DNA of 64,000 bases from Owenia fusiformis (Eukaryota). Of the stretch, positions 14,010 through 26,200 are shown one piece after another. The notes under the pieces were generated by a model that searched no databases, was not told where the DNA came from, and saw nothing but the letters and a program-made list of their open reading frames with translations. The DNA lies in contig CAIIXF020000001.1 in NCBI GenBank assembly GCA_903813345.2, forward strand, positions 14,260,001 through 14,324,000, written 5' to 3'. The translations under genes were made by a program, and so were the position numbers. Each line of letters begins with the position of its first letter. Within the stretch, counting starts at the first letter, position 1.

Positions 14010-14857
14010 CAAACAAAACATGTTTTGATAAATAGTGGCTTTCTTGAAAATTGCTTCTTCAACAGAGTTCCTTTGTCTCTACGTAACAGCACATAAAATT
14101 TGAACCAAAGCCTTTCACTGGTATTTTCATAAGATATGAACCAAATCTGCGACTGGTATTTGGGTTATCAAAGATTACATTTCTAATGACAAATAGTGGC
14201 CATTTCGATAAATATGTTAGTAGCCATCTGGAAAATTTCTTCTGGAGCAAAGCTCCTCCTTTATATCTAGGCATCAGCGTATAGAACTTGAAACAAATCC
14301 ATTCACTGATATTTGAGTATCAAGATTACGTTCTTTTACAAAAAAATAGTGTCCATTTTGAAATTCAGCTGCCATATTAAAAGTTCCTTCTCATACAGAA
14401 CTCCTGTGTACCTAGACATTGCATGTAAAATTTGAACCAAATCTGTCTACTGGTTATCAAAAATTACGTTTTTAATTAAAAATGGTGGCCATTTTGAAAT
14501 TCAGTGGCCATCTTTAAAATCTCTTCTTAAGCAAATCTCCTTTGTCCCTTGACATCAGCATATAAAATGTAAACCATATCCATCAACCAGTATTTGAGTT
14601 CTCAGAGGTTAAATTTTTAACTTATAATGGTAGCCATTTTAAATTGAGTCAAGCCATGTTTAAAGTTCCTTCACAAGCAGAGGTCCTACATCCAAAAGGC
14701 ATAAACATATACAATTTGAATCAAATCTGTTGACCAGTATTTGAGTTATCGCCCGGACACATGAATAAATGGAAGAACAGAAAAACAAATGGATGGACGA
14801 ACAAATTGATGGTTGGCTTCTCTGTATCCCTACGAACTTTGTTCGGTGGGATAATTA
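14010..14857 (+). mobile_element. Degenerate HINE-like element just upstream of the TLR
   Basis: ~150-bp internal repeats (aatttgaaccaaatctg...tggccattttgaa), GGAC/GGAT microsatellite-like tract, terminal hairpin tatccctacgaactttgttcggtgggata. Confidence 0.5.
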
Positions 14858-15117
14858 TAACCAAATGTCAAAGATTGTAATGAGGAAAAATTGAATGCAA
14901 TAAGGTTCCTTACATGCATTCAAACAGCCAAATAATTAGGAAACAATATTAACCAGATCCTTCCAAAAGTCATCATGTTATATTTGTATTAAGGAAACTG
15001 TCATTATTGAATAAAACTTGTCACTTATTCTTCATATAATAAGATTAAAATTTGATTAATATCAACATTACATTTGGTGGACTGATGCGTTGCAACTATT
15101 ACAGTCGGGAAATCACA

Positions 15118-17436
15118 ATGTTATTTGAACTATTTCTCATATGCTTTATTTCCACCCTACAATATGACGATGTTGCAGGGGTGCAGAAATATGAAAACTC
15201 AACTAGTCTTGGGTGTAACAAGTGCAAATGTAATGGAACATTTGTGGATTGTGCTAATGTTAAGCTGGACTATCTACCAGGAGACTTCCCATCAAACATA
15301 ACTGGTCTTAGTCTTGCCAAGTGTGGACTGACAGCATTGAATGATACAGAGCTTGGGACGCTTTACAAACACTTGAGGCACCTGGATATTCGAGACAATA
15401 AAATTGCTGAATTAAAGAATGCTACATTTGCTGGACTGAATGAGTTGGAATACCTAGATATGGGAGGAAACAAATACAGAGCTGATAAAATAGATCCATT
15501 TGTATTTAGCTCACTGCCTAATATCTTAGAAATCATAGTGAGAGGATATGGAAATTATGACCAAAACAAGGATCTAGAGCGGAACGTTTCGAAAGCTTGG
15601 TTCGACACGTTTAAAGGACTGGAAAATTCAACAATAGAAAGAATCACTTTTGACGCTATTACAGTGAATCCCATTATCCTTGAGAAAGACATCTTCATTC
15701 CATTAAGTAATACAAAACTTAAGTATCTTAGACTTTATAATATAAGATTAGTGGAAATTGATATGAATAGTCTCTTGTATCTTCCATTTCTTGAGGAAAT
15801 AGACATATCAATGAATAGTCTACAAATGGATCTTAGATATCTAGATACTTATAGAAATTTGTATAATTCTAAACTCAGGCATGTCATTTTCCATGATAAT
15901 GTCCAAAATTATAAACCACAGAAGCACTACGAACTTTTACCAGAATTTATTGCAAAATTCTTTACAATAAATTTCCCTAAAACTATAGAGGAGATCAACT
16001 TTTCCAAATCGACTATGACCCGTGGTGTCGGATGTTATATGTCATATGGATTCAAACTTGAAAGAGATAATGCAATAAAAAAATTTGATATATCCAATTT
16101 TAAATTAATGCAGAGACTCGGTCCTATGCTGGGACTAGTTCATTTAAAAGAATTTTATCTACAAGGTATAGGTTCTGAATTGTTTCCATCTACCGTCACC
16201 TGTGATAATGGAGCATTTGAATCTATTGAAATGCTGAACATGTCACACAACTTTATGAATTTGAGTGATAAAACCATAAACGATTCATTCAAGATGTTCA
16301 CAAACTGCACAAAGCTTCGACACATTGATTTGTCTTACAATAAAATGAACAAAATGCCCTTTACTATGTTCAGCAAGTCGAATGCACTAATAACCATTAA
16401 CCTTGGTGGCAATGATCTTAAACAGTTGAACATTGACATTGAAGAAGCAATAAACTTGGAGAAATTGGACATATCTAATAATCAATTCCAAACTTTGCCA
16501 ACAAATGTTCAAAATATTATTGACCATTCAAATAAAGTCTCAAATGTAACATTGCAAGTTGGCTTAAAAGGAAACCCACTTGTATGTGGGTGTCATTCAT
16601 TCGACATCATAGCCTGGATGAAAGACCACAGCAAGAACATAATGCAATGGGACACATTAGAATGCACATATTTTAATGATACCAAAGTTAAAATGCATGC
16701 CATCCATTTGCCTGGATTGAAATTTTCATGCTGGAAATCTGTCATATTGGCAGGGGTGATACCCTCTGGAATCATGCTGTTGTTTGTATGTGTAGTGATT
16801 CTTACATACAGGAAGAGATATAAACTGCACTATTTGTACCTACAGCTACGAGCTGCATTGAGGCGACATGGCAAAGAAAACGATGCCTTTGATTTTGATG
16901 CATTCATCAGCTACAGTTCACTTGATAGAACATGGGGCCAGGGAACATTGTATGCAACTCTAGTAGGCAATCATCACTACAGAATATGTATTGATGATCG
17001 AAACTTCCGACCAGGGGCTTTTATCTCCGACATCATAGTTGATGCTATCAACAGAAGCAACAAAGTCATTCTCCTCATATCACAGAACTTTCTCCGAAGC
17101 AAGTGGTGCACTTATGAACTAAACATTGCAAGAGGAGAACTGGCCAATAGGGGGCGTGATTGCATAATCCTTATTCTGAAGGAGCCAATTAATGTCCTTC
17201 CAAAAGAATTAATCACCCCTACATTGCAATCCCTGCTAGACACACGGGTGTACCTGGAGTGGAGTGATAATGCAGACAGACAAGCTTTGTTTTGGAGGAA
17301 GCTATGTGATGCCCTAGGTGATCCTGGACCACAAAATGAGGAGCAGGGAGGCAGTGAATATACAATGCTTCAGAATGAAGAGGATGAACAACTGGTACAA
17401 GACTTTTTAAGAGAAAACAGACCACTATTGGAATGA
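15118..17436 (+). CDS. Toll-like receptor, single cysteine-cluster type, intronless CDS (~772 aa)
   Basis: Signal-like MLFELFLICFISTL, LRRNT (CNKCKCNGTFVDC), LxxLxLxxN repeats, LRRCT (GNPLVCGC...C...C), TM (VILAGVIPSGIMLLFVCVVILTY), TIR (FDAFISYS, DDRNFRPG, FWRKL). The start Met could be 15085 or 15118. Confidence 0.96.
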   Translation: MLFELFLICFISTLQYDDVAGVQKYENSTSLGCNKCKCNGTFVDCANVKLDYLPGDFPSNITGLSLAKCGLTALNDTELGTLYKHLRHLDIRDNKIAELKNATFAGLNELEYLDMGGNKYRADKIDPFVFSSLPNILEIIVRGYGNYDQNKDLERNVSKAWFDTFKGLENSTIERITFDAITVNPIILEKDIFIPLSNTKLKYLRLYNIRLVEIDMNSLLYLPFLEEIDISMNSLQMDLRYLDTYRNLYNSKLRHVIFHDNVQNYKPQKHYELLPEFIAKFFTINFPKTIEEINFSKSTMTRGVGCYMSYGFKLERDNAIKKFDISNFKLMQRLGPMLGLVHLKEFYLQGIGSELFPSTVTCDNGAFESIEMLNMSHNFMNLSDKTINDSFKMFTNCTKLRHIDLSYNKMNKMPFTMFSKSNALITINLGGNDLKQLNIDIEEAINLEKLDISNNQFQTLPTNVQNIIDHSNKVSNVTLQVGLKGNPLVCGCHSFDIIAWMKDHSKNIMQWDTLECTYFNDTKVKMHAIHLPGLKFSCWKSVILAGVIPSGIMLLFVCVVILTYRKRYKLHYLYLQLRAALRRHGKENDAFDFDAFISYSSLDRTWGQGTLYATLVGNHHYRICIDDRNFRPGAFISDIIVDAINRSNKVILLISQNFLRSKWCTYELNIARGELANRGRDCIILILKEPINVLPKELITPTLQSLLDTRVYLEWSDNADRQALFWRKLCDALGDPGPQNEEQGGSEYTMLQNEEDEQLVQDFLRENRPLLE

Positions 17437-17519
17437 TATTTCAAAACACAGGAAATGGTTTAAATAAATATATGTAAGTGATGAAACATGTATATTTTTG
17501 AACTCCATGAAATTCAAAA

Positions 17520-17995
17520 TCATGTACAGGTAATTGTGTTATGGAATACCTAGACTGCTTTATACTTATCAACTTATTCAAGAATATGTAATCGTAACAG
17601 TAAATGGAATACCAAGACTATATATACATCAACTTATTCCAGAATATGTAATTGTTATTGTAAATTGAATACCCAAGAACATGTTTTGGTATTTGTTTAT
17701 GGAATATAGGGACTGCTACACATTTATCAACTTATTCAAGAAAATGTATTACTAATTGTTAATGGAATACAGAGACTGCTAAACATTTATCAACTTATTC
17801 AAGAACATGTATTGCTAATTGTTTATGGAATATAGAGACTGCTCTGATTTATCAACTTATTCAAGAACATGTATTGCTAATTGTTTATGGAATATAGAGA
17901 CTGCTCTGATTTATCAACTTATTCAAGAACATGTATTTGCAATTGTTAAATGAAATACATACTGCTACACTATTTATCAACTTATCCAAAAACAT
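17520..17995. repeat. ~63-bp minisatellite downstream of the intact TLR
   Basis: Same monomer as 9240-12822; spacing 62-63 bp (e.g. 17762, 17825, 17887). Confidence 0.9.
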
Positions 17996-18334
17996 GCTTG
18001 CCTGGTAGCCAGTTTTTACCAAGGGAGAGTTTTTTGAAGAATGTTTTGGCTAAAAAATCATGCAAAAGTGCTCAGAATGGTGAAAAAATATCTAGCCAGG
18101 AGTACCCTAACCTTGCTCAAGTCTCTTTTACTCATCTTGATTTCTACTAAGATTGATTGATTTCTCAATCGGACACCCGGAGGTGAGATGATTTCAACAA
18201 GAAATGTTGAAAAGATCACTGAAATGATCAAACATGATAGCTATACGATCTAGGCTGAGAGATTCCGATCAATCACTGAATCATATCGAGGACTATATGG
18301 ACTAGGTCTTCATGAATTTTCATCGCAAATTTAA

Positions 18335-18899
18335 GGAATAAATAATGATAGGCCATTCAATATGGTGAAATTCAGCACGAGTTGGACAGAATGTTGTACA
18401 AAGCACGAACCGAAGGTGAGTGCATTTGTACTAACATTCTGTCCAACGAGTGCTGAATTTCACCATATTGAATGGCCTATCATTATTTATTCCGATTCAA
18501 ACATAAAAATTAGTAAAAGCCGTGTCTGTGGAACGGGCATGAAGGAAGAATACGCATATGCTGTCAAGATTCTGAAGTCGGCCGGAAAAAATTTAGAATT
18601 TGTTTGGGCTGTTCTATTTTACTCCCCGTTAAATAAGACTAGTTCACCGGCTGCAAACTTGAAGTCAGCCATAGTTAAATAGTTACAGTAGTTACGGAGG
18701 GAGTAAAAAAGAACAGCTATCCCCGGACAGAGCCCCAGATGTGCAGCTGAGATGTGACGTCACTCAAAACAATGCAAATTGCAGATTGAATAGAGCATGG
18801 TCGTGCATCTATGGAGAATTAGAGAACATTCTATATTGGCTATGCTGCATTCTGATTGGTTCGAGAATTTCGAATAGAGCACGGTCATGTTTGAATCAG
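18335..18899. mobile_element. Hairpin-type interspersed element, copy 1
   Basis: ~75-bp stem 18335-18493 around CACGAACCGAAGGTGAGTG, then gattcaaacat ... tctgattggt ... atgtttgaatc inverted repeat. Confidence 0.7.
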
Positions 18900-20291
18900 T
18901 TTTAAATCAACATAAAATCGCATGATTTAATTTATATTAATGCCTGCTTACATTCCACTGTACATTTAATGACAGAATATATTGTAACTGAAGAATTGCT
19001 CTATCAGATCATTGAAAATTTCAAGTCATAGACAAGTAGTTTGCTTTGTTCATGCAGGTAAACCTGATAACGTTTTAATTGGTCAATCAGCCTGAAGTCA
19101 GACGTCGTGTCCACATGATCTTGCCTATCAATACGGTTTCGCAATACCCCTGACAGCACAGGAATTATGGAAATCTCGAAACTGCTGAATAACTTATCAT
19201 AGTATCAGCGATGATGCATTGGATAGTACAAGGCGGTAATATATCAAGATCAGATAAGTAAAAAAAAAATACTGACTTGGGCAAGGCTAGGACGACCCAG
19301 ACTGCTACATATTTTTATCTACTTATATTCAATTTCATATAATGTTTATAGAATTTGTTTCATGGGATACCCATTAGACCAATTGAAAATATCTGAAAAC
19401 ACAAAATTTCTCAAGCAAGATTTGAACACCTGACACTTGTAGTTCCCATCAGTAATATATATAGGTAATAATTTAAACAAGGAATGGTTAACATGACTCA
19501 AAAAATGTGAACATTCCTGATTGTATGCATCTATAGCAAAGTTTACACCAAATTTAAGTGTTTCCGAGTGAGTGATTTGAGCTATCACTTTTTTCTAGCT
19601 CAACAACTTTGAATTCCTTGTGGGTACTAACATGACGTATGAGGTCATAATCACCTACAAACTATGACAATATGCATACAGCAATAAATAAATGATGCTG
19701 TATTCCTTAATCATGGTCATTTATTGGCTAAAATTCTGAGTCAATTTGGATTAGTCAGTACACATGCCAAACTAGACAACATCAATGCCGAAAGCAAATC
19801 CTATCAAACAGCCATCGCTGGCACTTTTACAAAATCCTTCTACTACTTTTTCAGTAATAGCAAAAATCGTAAAATAACACATATAAAAATGGCCACCATT
19901 TTCAAAATGGTCGCTCATTTATAGCGAAATTGTAATAAGAAAGTGTAGTAATATGCTTCTAAGTTGGTACATATAAAATTTCAACAAAATCACAAACACA
20001 TACTTATAAATGGCAGCTATTTTTTAAATATGCCATCATTAAGAGTGTTCACATATCAAATATGAAAAATATAAACAAAATCACTCTTTTACTTTTTGAG
20101 TTAAAGTAAAAAACAAAAATTAATGCTGGACTAGGGATGGGATGGGAATGGCATGCCAAAGGGGAAACTAGAACATGCTTGAATATCAGTGTGAGGTCGG
20201 GTATGGCCATGTAAGCACCTCCTGCTGTATACTCCCTGCCCATATGCAAGCATAAGTGCCATTTAGATACTATAAAGAAGGCATAACTCAC

Positions 20292-23200
20292 CACATAGAA
20301 AAGCACTTGTGTACTCCAAACTGTTCTCCTCGCCCCATTTCCACTGGCTCTCACTGACTTGACTGATGATGAAGAATATAACAGTCATGGCAGCACAGAT
20401 CAGTGTGGACAACATCAGGAACTTGAATCTGTAGATCAGGCCCTAAGAACCACAACCAGATTTACAGATAGCAATTGCATTTAGTTTAATTCAATAGTAC
20501 ATTGTAAATAGGAAATTACTATCTTTAAGTGCACTCACATAGATATATTTCACCTCACTATCTTACATGTCAACTCACCATGTTATACTTCAACTCACCA
20601 TATAACACTTCAATTAACCATGTGATATCTAACTCAACATATAATACTTCAATTCACCATTTAAAATTTCAACTCATCATATAATACTTCAACTCACCAT
20701 GTAATACTTCCTCCTGATCGCACTCATCTGTGGCAAAGAATTTTTCTTGGCACCAATGTTTCTGAAGACCTTGAAGATCATATAGCAGAGGAAGATGAAG
20801 TACGTACAGGCGGCAATACCAGCCAGAACCACAAAACCAAGCTAGCGAAATGTTAAGGCTATTTACATCTTCAACAAATATATTGGACTGTACATAATTA
20901 CCCTTTACATTCGTTTGACTTCACTTCTTAAAAGAGAGCTTCGTCTTCACTCTTTCAAACTAAAATAAACGTATGAACTCACCGCGCCAATCAGTGTTTG
21001 TCGGCCAAATTTGACCGATGTTCTATATATGGGCATTCCTTCTGACGTCATCGTTGAGCCCGGAACTGACCAATGACATGCACATATTTAATTAGAATGC
21101 ATTTGGCGTATGTTTCTTCAAGCTCGCTGGTTGGTGGATGAAAGGTCAGCACGTAGGTCAGAAGTGATTTCCTACCCAAACTGTCACCGGTACCGGTCCT
21201 GGGGGTGGGGCTGCTAAACTATAATATGGTCTCTACTAGGCAGAGTGTAGTTTAACTAGACTCTGCACGCAGGGTAGTACATAATAGGGCCTATGCAGGT
21301 GGTGCAGAACAGAAAACATTTTTGGGTAGTATATACACTATGTACAGCTGTACTCTACAGCAGAAATCAATCTTAATTATTTTTATGTCATATTCTAATT
21401 CATGGATTTTTTCAGAGCATCAATCTCAGTATGAAATGTGAAGGCGCATTATTTACCAAGACTCCGCTTAACTCAGTCTCTGTAAGTTAATTGAGCTTCT
21501 TTATCAATCAAGTAAAGCTAATGTGATTCTTTGTGGTAATATGTTATGATTAAAGGATACAGCCAGCTTGGATCCCGCGTCAGTGCTCCAGATACTGTAG
21601 AATGGATTCGTCAGCTGGACACCCCTATAACATTAGTAAGCCCATTCAATCATGTAAACAAAATGGCCAAAAATTTGATGAAAAAAGAAGGAAAGAGAGC
21701 AAACGATCCCCTGTTGTATCAAGACCCTATTTTCATGCAGATATGAGCTTCTATTTGATCAGTGTATGACTATTAACTAATAGTGGACCACTTTTTGAGA
21801 TACCAAAGGTGTTCCATTTACAGAGATTTTTCCGTATTCATGGTATATTTAGATGATTGAAAACTTTATTGTGAGATTAGCGAGTTGAAGCCCATGATAT
21901 AAGCGCTGTTAAGCGCATAAGTGTTAATGAAACAAAACCTTTAAATTCAATAATCAAAAATGTCTAAAACATTTTAGTCATGAGAAAATAGTATTGAATG
22001 ATTAATCATTATTTTCAACTTGCATGTAATATTTTAAGTGGCTTGACACAGTAATACAGCTGAATGGAATCAATACAATATAAGCTTTTTAAGATATCTA
22101 GATACCTACCTTTCACACATTTCAAAGACAAACAGGCAAATGCAGCCAAAGAGAACAGCACTAAGATGTTTCCAGTATTGTACAAGTCGACTCCTCTCTA
22201 CCTGGTCCTGTAAGAAAAACACATATGCAATCGCTTATAATGATTCAATCTCAGGACCTATGGTTTTGGATTGGATTGCTTTATAAGACCCAAGAGCCCA
22301 AACATACTTCTGGATTTTGAAATAAAATTGGAGCAACACTATATGTTTTAATCAATGGTCAAAACCGATATCTCATACATATTTAATTTTCCCCTTTTCA
22401 TGTGATTATGACTCATAGAACAGCATCTTTCATTCCCCTTAGTTTGCTTAAATAAACAGAATCATTAGCTATAGTAAGCAATTGGCTGACTCACCATCAT
22501 ATGTTCGCCACTGAATATAATCCAGAAGCACATGAGGAAGGAGTAGAAGACACCCTGTCTAATGTCACTCAAAAGCAACATGAAGGGGAAGTCAAACCAC
22601 AGGGTGAACCACTCAATAGGCACTGAAATAAGAGCAAATGAGATTAGTTCTTTCATATAAGCATTGGCAATGCATTGCTACAATTTTACAGCAATATGTT
22701 GAAATGAAAGCAAATAAAAGCAAATGAGATTAGTTCTTTCATATAAACTTTAGCAATGCATTGCTACAATTTCACAGCAATATGTTGAAGTGAAAGCAAA
22801 TAAGAGCAAATGAGATTAGTTCTTTCATATAAACTTTGGCAATGCATTGCTACAATTTCACAGCAATATGTTGAAATGAAAGCAAATAAAAGCAAATGAG
22901 ATTAGTTCTTTCATATAAACTTTGGCAATGCATTGCTACAATTTTACAGCAATATCTTGAAATGTGGGTAGCATCAAAGGAAATCTAGAGGGAGTCCTTC
23001 ACTGTATCTTCAGCAAGTGTCACAGTTTTGATAGTATTTTGCCCCTAAACATGTATGCTCCAACTGAGTGGAACAGTTGTTGTATCTTATTGATGAAGGG
23101 GACTGCTTTTATGCAAAGCTTTTATGTTAGTTTATTGTTGTATACGTGTAGCATTATACTATACAAGGTAGAGGTGTCAAGTATTAACCGGTTAACCGGT

Positions 23201-26200
23201 TAACCGCCGATAATGCCTTGACCGGTCTGCGTTTTTATGGGTGGTTAGTTGACCGTGTATAATTCTGTTATTTCCCGCGCTTATATTGCATACTAATCTG
23301 TTTGGTTTTAAAGTGTCAGTTTCACGTAAGCTACTCATACATGTCATAAGTCCGGTAACTCCTTAAAAACATCCAATCAGCAACTTTAATCCCTTCCACA
23401 TTGCTTTCCCGCGCTTACTTTGCATGTTAATCTGTTTGTTTTTCAAGCGTCAGTTTCATGTGAGCTACTCATACATGTGATAGGTCCGATAACTCCTTAC
23501 AAACATCCAATCAGCAACTTTAACCCCTTACTTTGCATGTTAATCTGTTTGTTTTTCAAGTGTCAGCCATGTACTTGTGTAATCAACTCATAGGCCAGAT
23601 AATTCCTTTAATTTTACAAATTGCAAAACAATTTCATAAGTAAATTATATGCACTTTTTAATTCGTCAGTTTTGTTATTGTTGTCTATCAACGTCGCCAA
23701 AATGTCAAAAGTCAAAGCCTCGCTTTGGTAGTGAGAAAATTAAAATTAAAATAAACACTAATCAGCTGCAATTCTCGTTGTTTCGGTGCGTTCGTGGAGA
23801 TTCCAAGGGTAAACCAATGTGGTAAGTAATTTAGAGGTACCGGTTGTCAGGTAGTGTATGAATAGAGTAAAGCTTGACGAACGTAAAAAATAAACGCCGA
23901 TATATCATTTTTCCAATTTTTTTCAACTTTCAAGATCGAAGATGAAGATTTCATTTGGAATTATCAGTTCAAATTTCCCGCCGGTTAACCGACTTTAACC
24001 GGTAAAAACACCCGGTTAACCGGTTAATGCTCAAGCAGTTAATTGACACCACTGATACAAGGTGCTTGTCCTTCTGTTTGTACCAGGGCCAATTCAGTAT
24101 ACAAAAACGATCCTTGCTAAATATTAATGTATGCCTGGTCCTAAATTGTAACAGTACAATCAATTTTAAGGCAGCAAGAAATACTGGGATGTGCTGTGAT
24201 AAAACCAAATATAATGTTCACTGATGTTGGTAAAATACATTTATATTAAAGGGAATTGAAGAATTAAGAAATAGGCACTTACAATTCAACTGAGTGAGAG
24301 CAATTCCAAGGCAAAGCAATGCTCTGAAAAAAATCACAAAATCATAAACTACAATAATTTTAATATTTTGAGATGTTTTATTACAAAATATTCTCCATAA
24401 AGTGTTCATCTATTATCATTTTGAAAACATAATGTAATATATTGCAATTACACTTTTATTACAAAATTCTACAATGATCTGTTTTTAAGGGCCAGAATGT
24501 TTCAAACATCAAGAGGGATTATGAGCTATATTCATAATGATTGGATGTGTTAAATATTCTCACTTTTCAAGGAGATTTGGTTTGCGTTCCAACATCATTA
24601 TGCGTCTCCAGAACCAACAAAGGACCATTAACACAGTGGGGAACATCAATGTCTTCATGGAGAACCAAACTTTTGTGAAGCCTCCATTCTGGTTGATGAA
24701 CTAAAAAAGAACCAATACATTAATGTATTTCAAATGTATTTCATATCAACACTATAGGACAAGATTGAATACAAGGCATTAACATGACAAAATGTCACCA
24801 CCTAAAACAATTTGGTCAATTTAAAGCAAGTTGGAAAATACCTTTTGACCTTAAGAAGAACTTCTGAGAACATGTAGATGATTTTGAAAAAAAAATTAGT
24901 CAATTTGAAGCAAGTTGAAAAAAGACCTTTTTGACCTTGAGAAGGTCATTGAAGGTCAAAGGTCAAATCTAGAGTCAGATTTGAACTTCTGAGAACTTGT
25001 AAAGTCAAATTTGAACTTCTGAAAAGATGTAGATGATTTTGAAAAAAAAATTTGGTCAATTTGAAGCAAGTTGAAAACAGACCTTTTTTTACCTTGAGAA
25101 GGTCATTAAAGGTCAAATGTCAAATCTAAAGTCAGATTTGAATTTCTGAGAACATGTAGATGATTTTGAAAAAAAATTAGTCAATTTGAAGCAAGTTGAA
25201 AAAAGACCTTTTTGACCTTTTTTGACCTTGAGAAGGTCATTGAAGGTCAAATGTCAAATCAAATGTCAAATCTAAAGTCATATTTGAATTTCTGAGAACA
25301 TGTAGATGATTTTGAAAAAAAAATTTAGTCAATTTGAAGCAAGATGAAAAAATACCTTTTTGACCTTTTTTAACATTGAGAAGGTCATTGAAGGTCAAAT
25401 GTCAAATCTAAAGTCAGATTTGAATTTCTGAGAACATGTAGATGATTTTGAAAAAAAAATTTAGCCAATTTGAAGCAAGTTGAAAAAAGACCTTTTTGAC
25501 CTTTTTTGACTTTGAGAAGGTCATTGAAGGTCAAATGTCAAATCTTAAGTCAAATCTAAAGTCAGATTTGAATTTCTGAGAACACGTAGATGATTTTGAG
25601 ATGATTTTTTAGTCAATTTGAAGCAAGTTGAAAACAGACCTTTTTGACCTTTTTTGACCTTAAGAAGGTCATTGAAGGTCAAATGTCAAATCTAAAGTCA
25701 GATTTGAAGGTCAAATGTCAAATCTAAAGTCAAATCTAAAGTCAGATTTGAATTTCTGAGAACATGTAGATGATTTTGATAAAAAATTTAGTCAATATGA
25801 AGCAAGTTGAAAAAAGAGCTTTTTGATCTTGAGAAGGTCATTGAAGGTCAAATGTCAAATCTTAAGTCAGATTTTAACTTCTGAGAACATGTAGATGATT
25901 TAAAAAAAATTGAAGTCAGTCTAAACAGTATTTGTTAAGTTATAGGAAGTTGTAAGAAATTGTTACAGACGCCGGACGCCGGATGCCAACCTCCAACCGC
26001 CGTCGCAAAAAACGGAGACCATAACAATATGTCACCACTTTTGGTGGTGACATAATTAATATACTGGTATATCAAAACACCGGAACAGCTTGACAACTGT
26101 GATGTCAGATTCCATTGTCCAAAATGGCCTTTTCGATTAGATTTTCTTCCACTGCATGTTTAATAGAGCTAAATATGTTTTCACATCAGGAAAAATACAT

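Noticed and set aside
9240-17995. 63-bp repeats as a CRISPR array
   Set aside because: Head-to-tail monomers with no unique spacers, eukaryotic context, no cas genes
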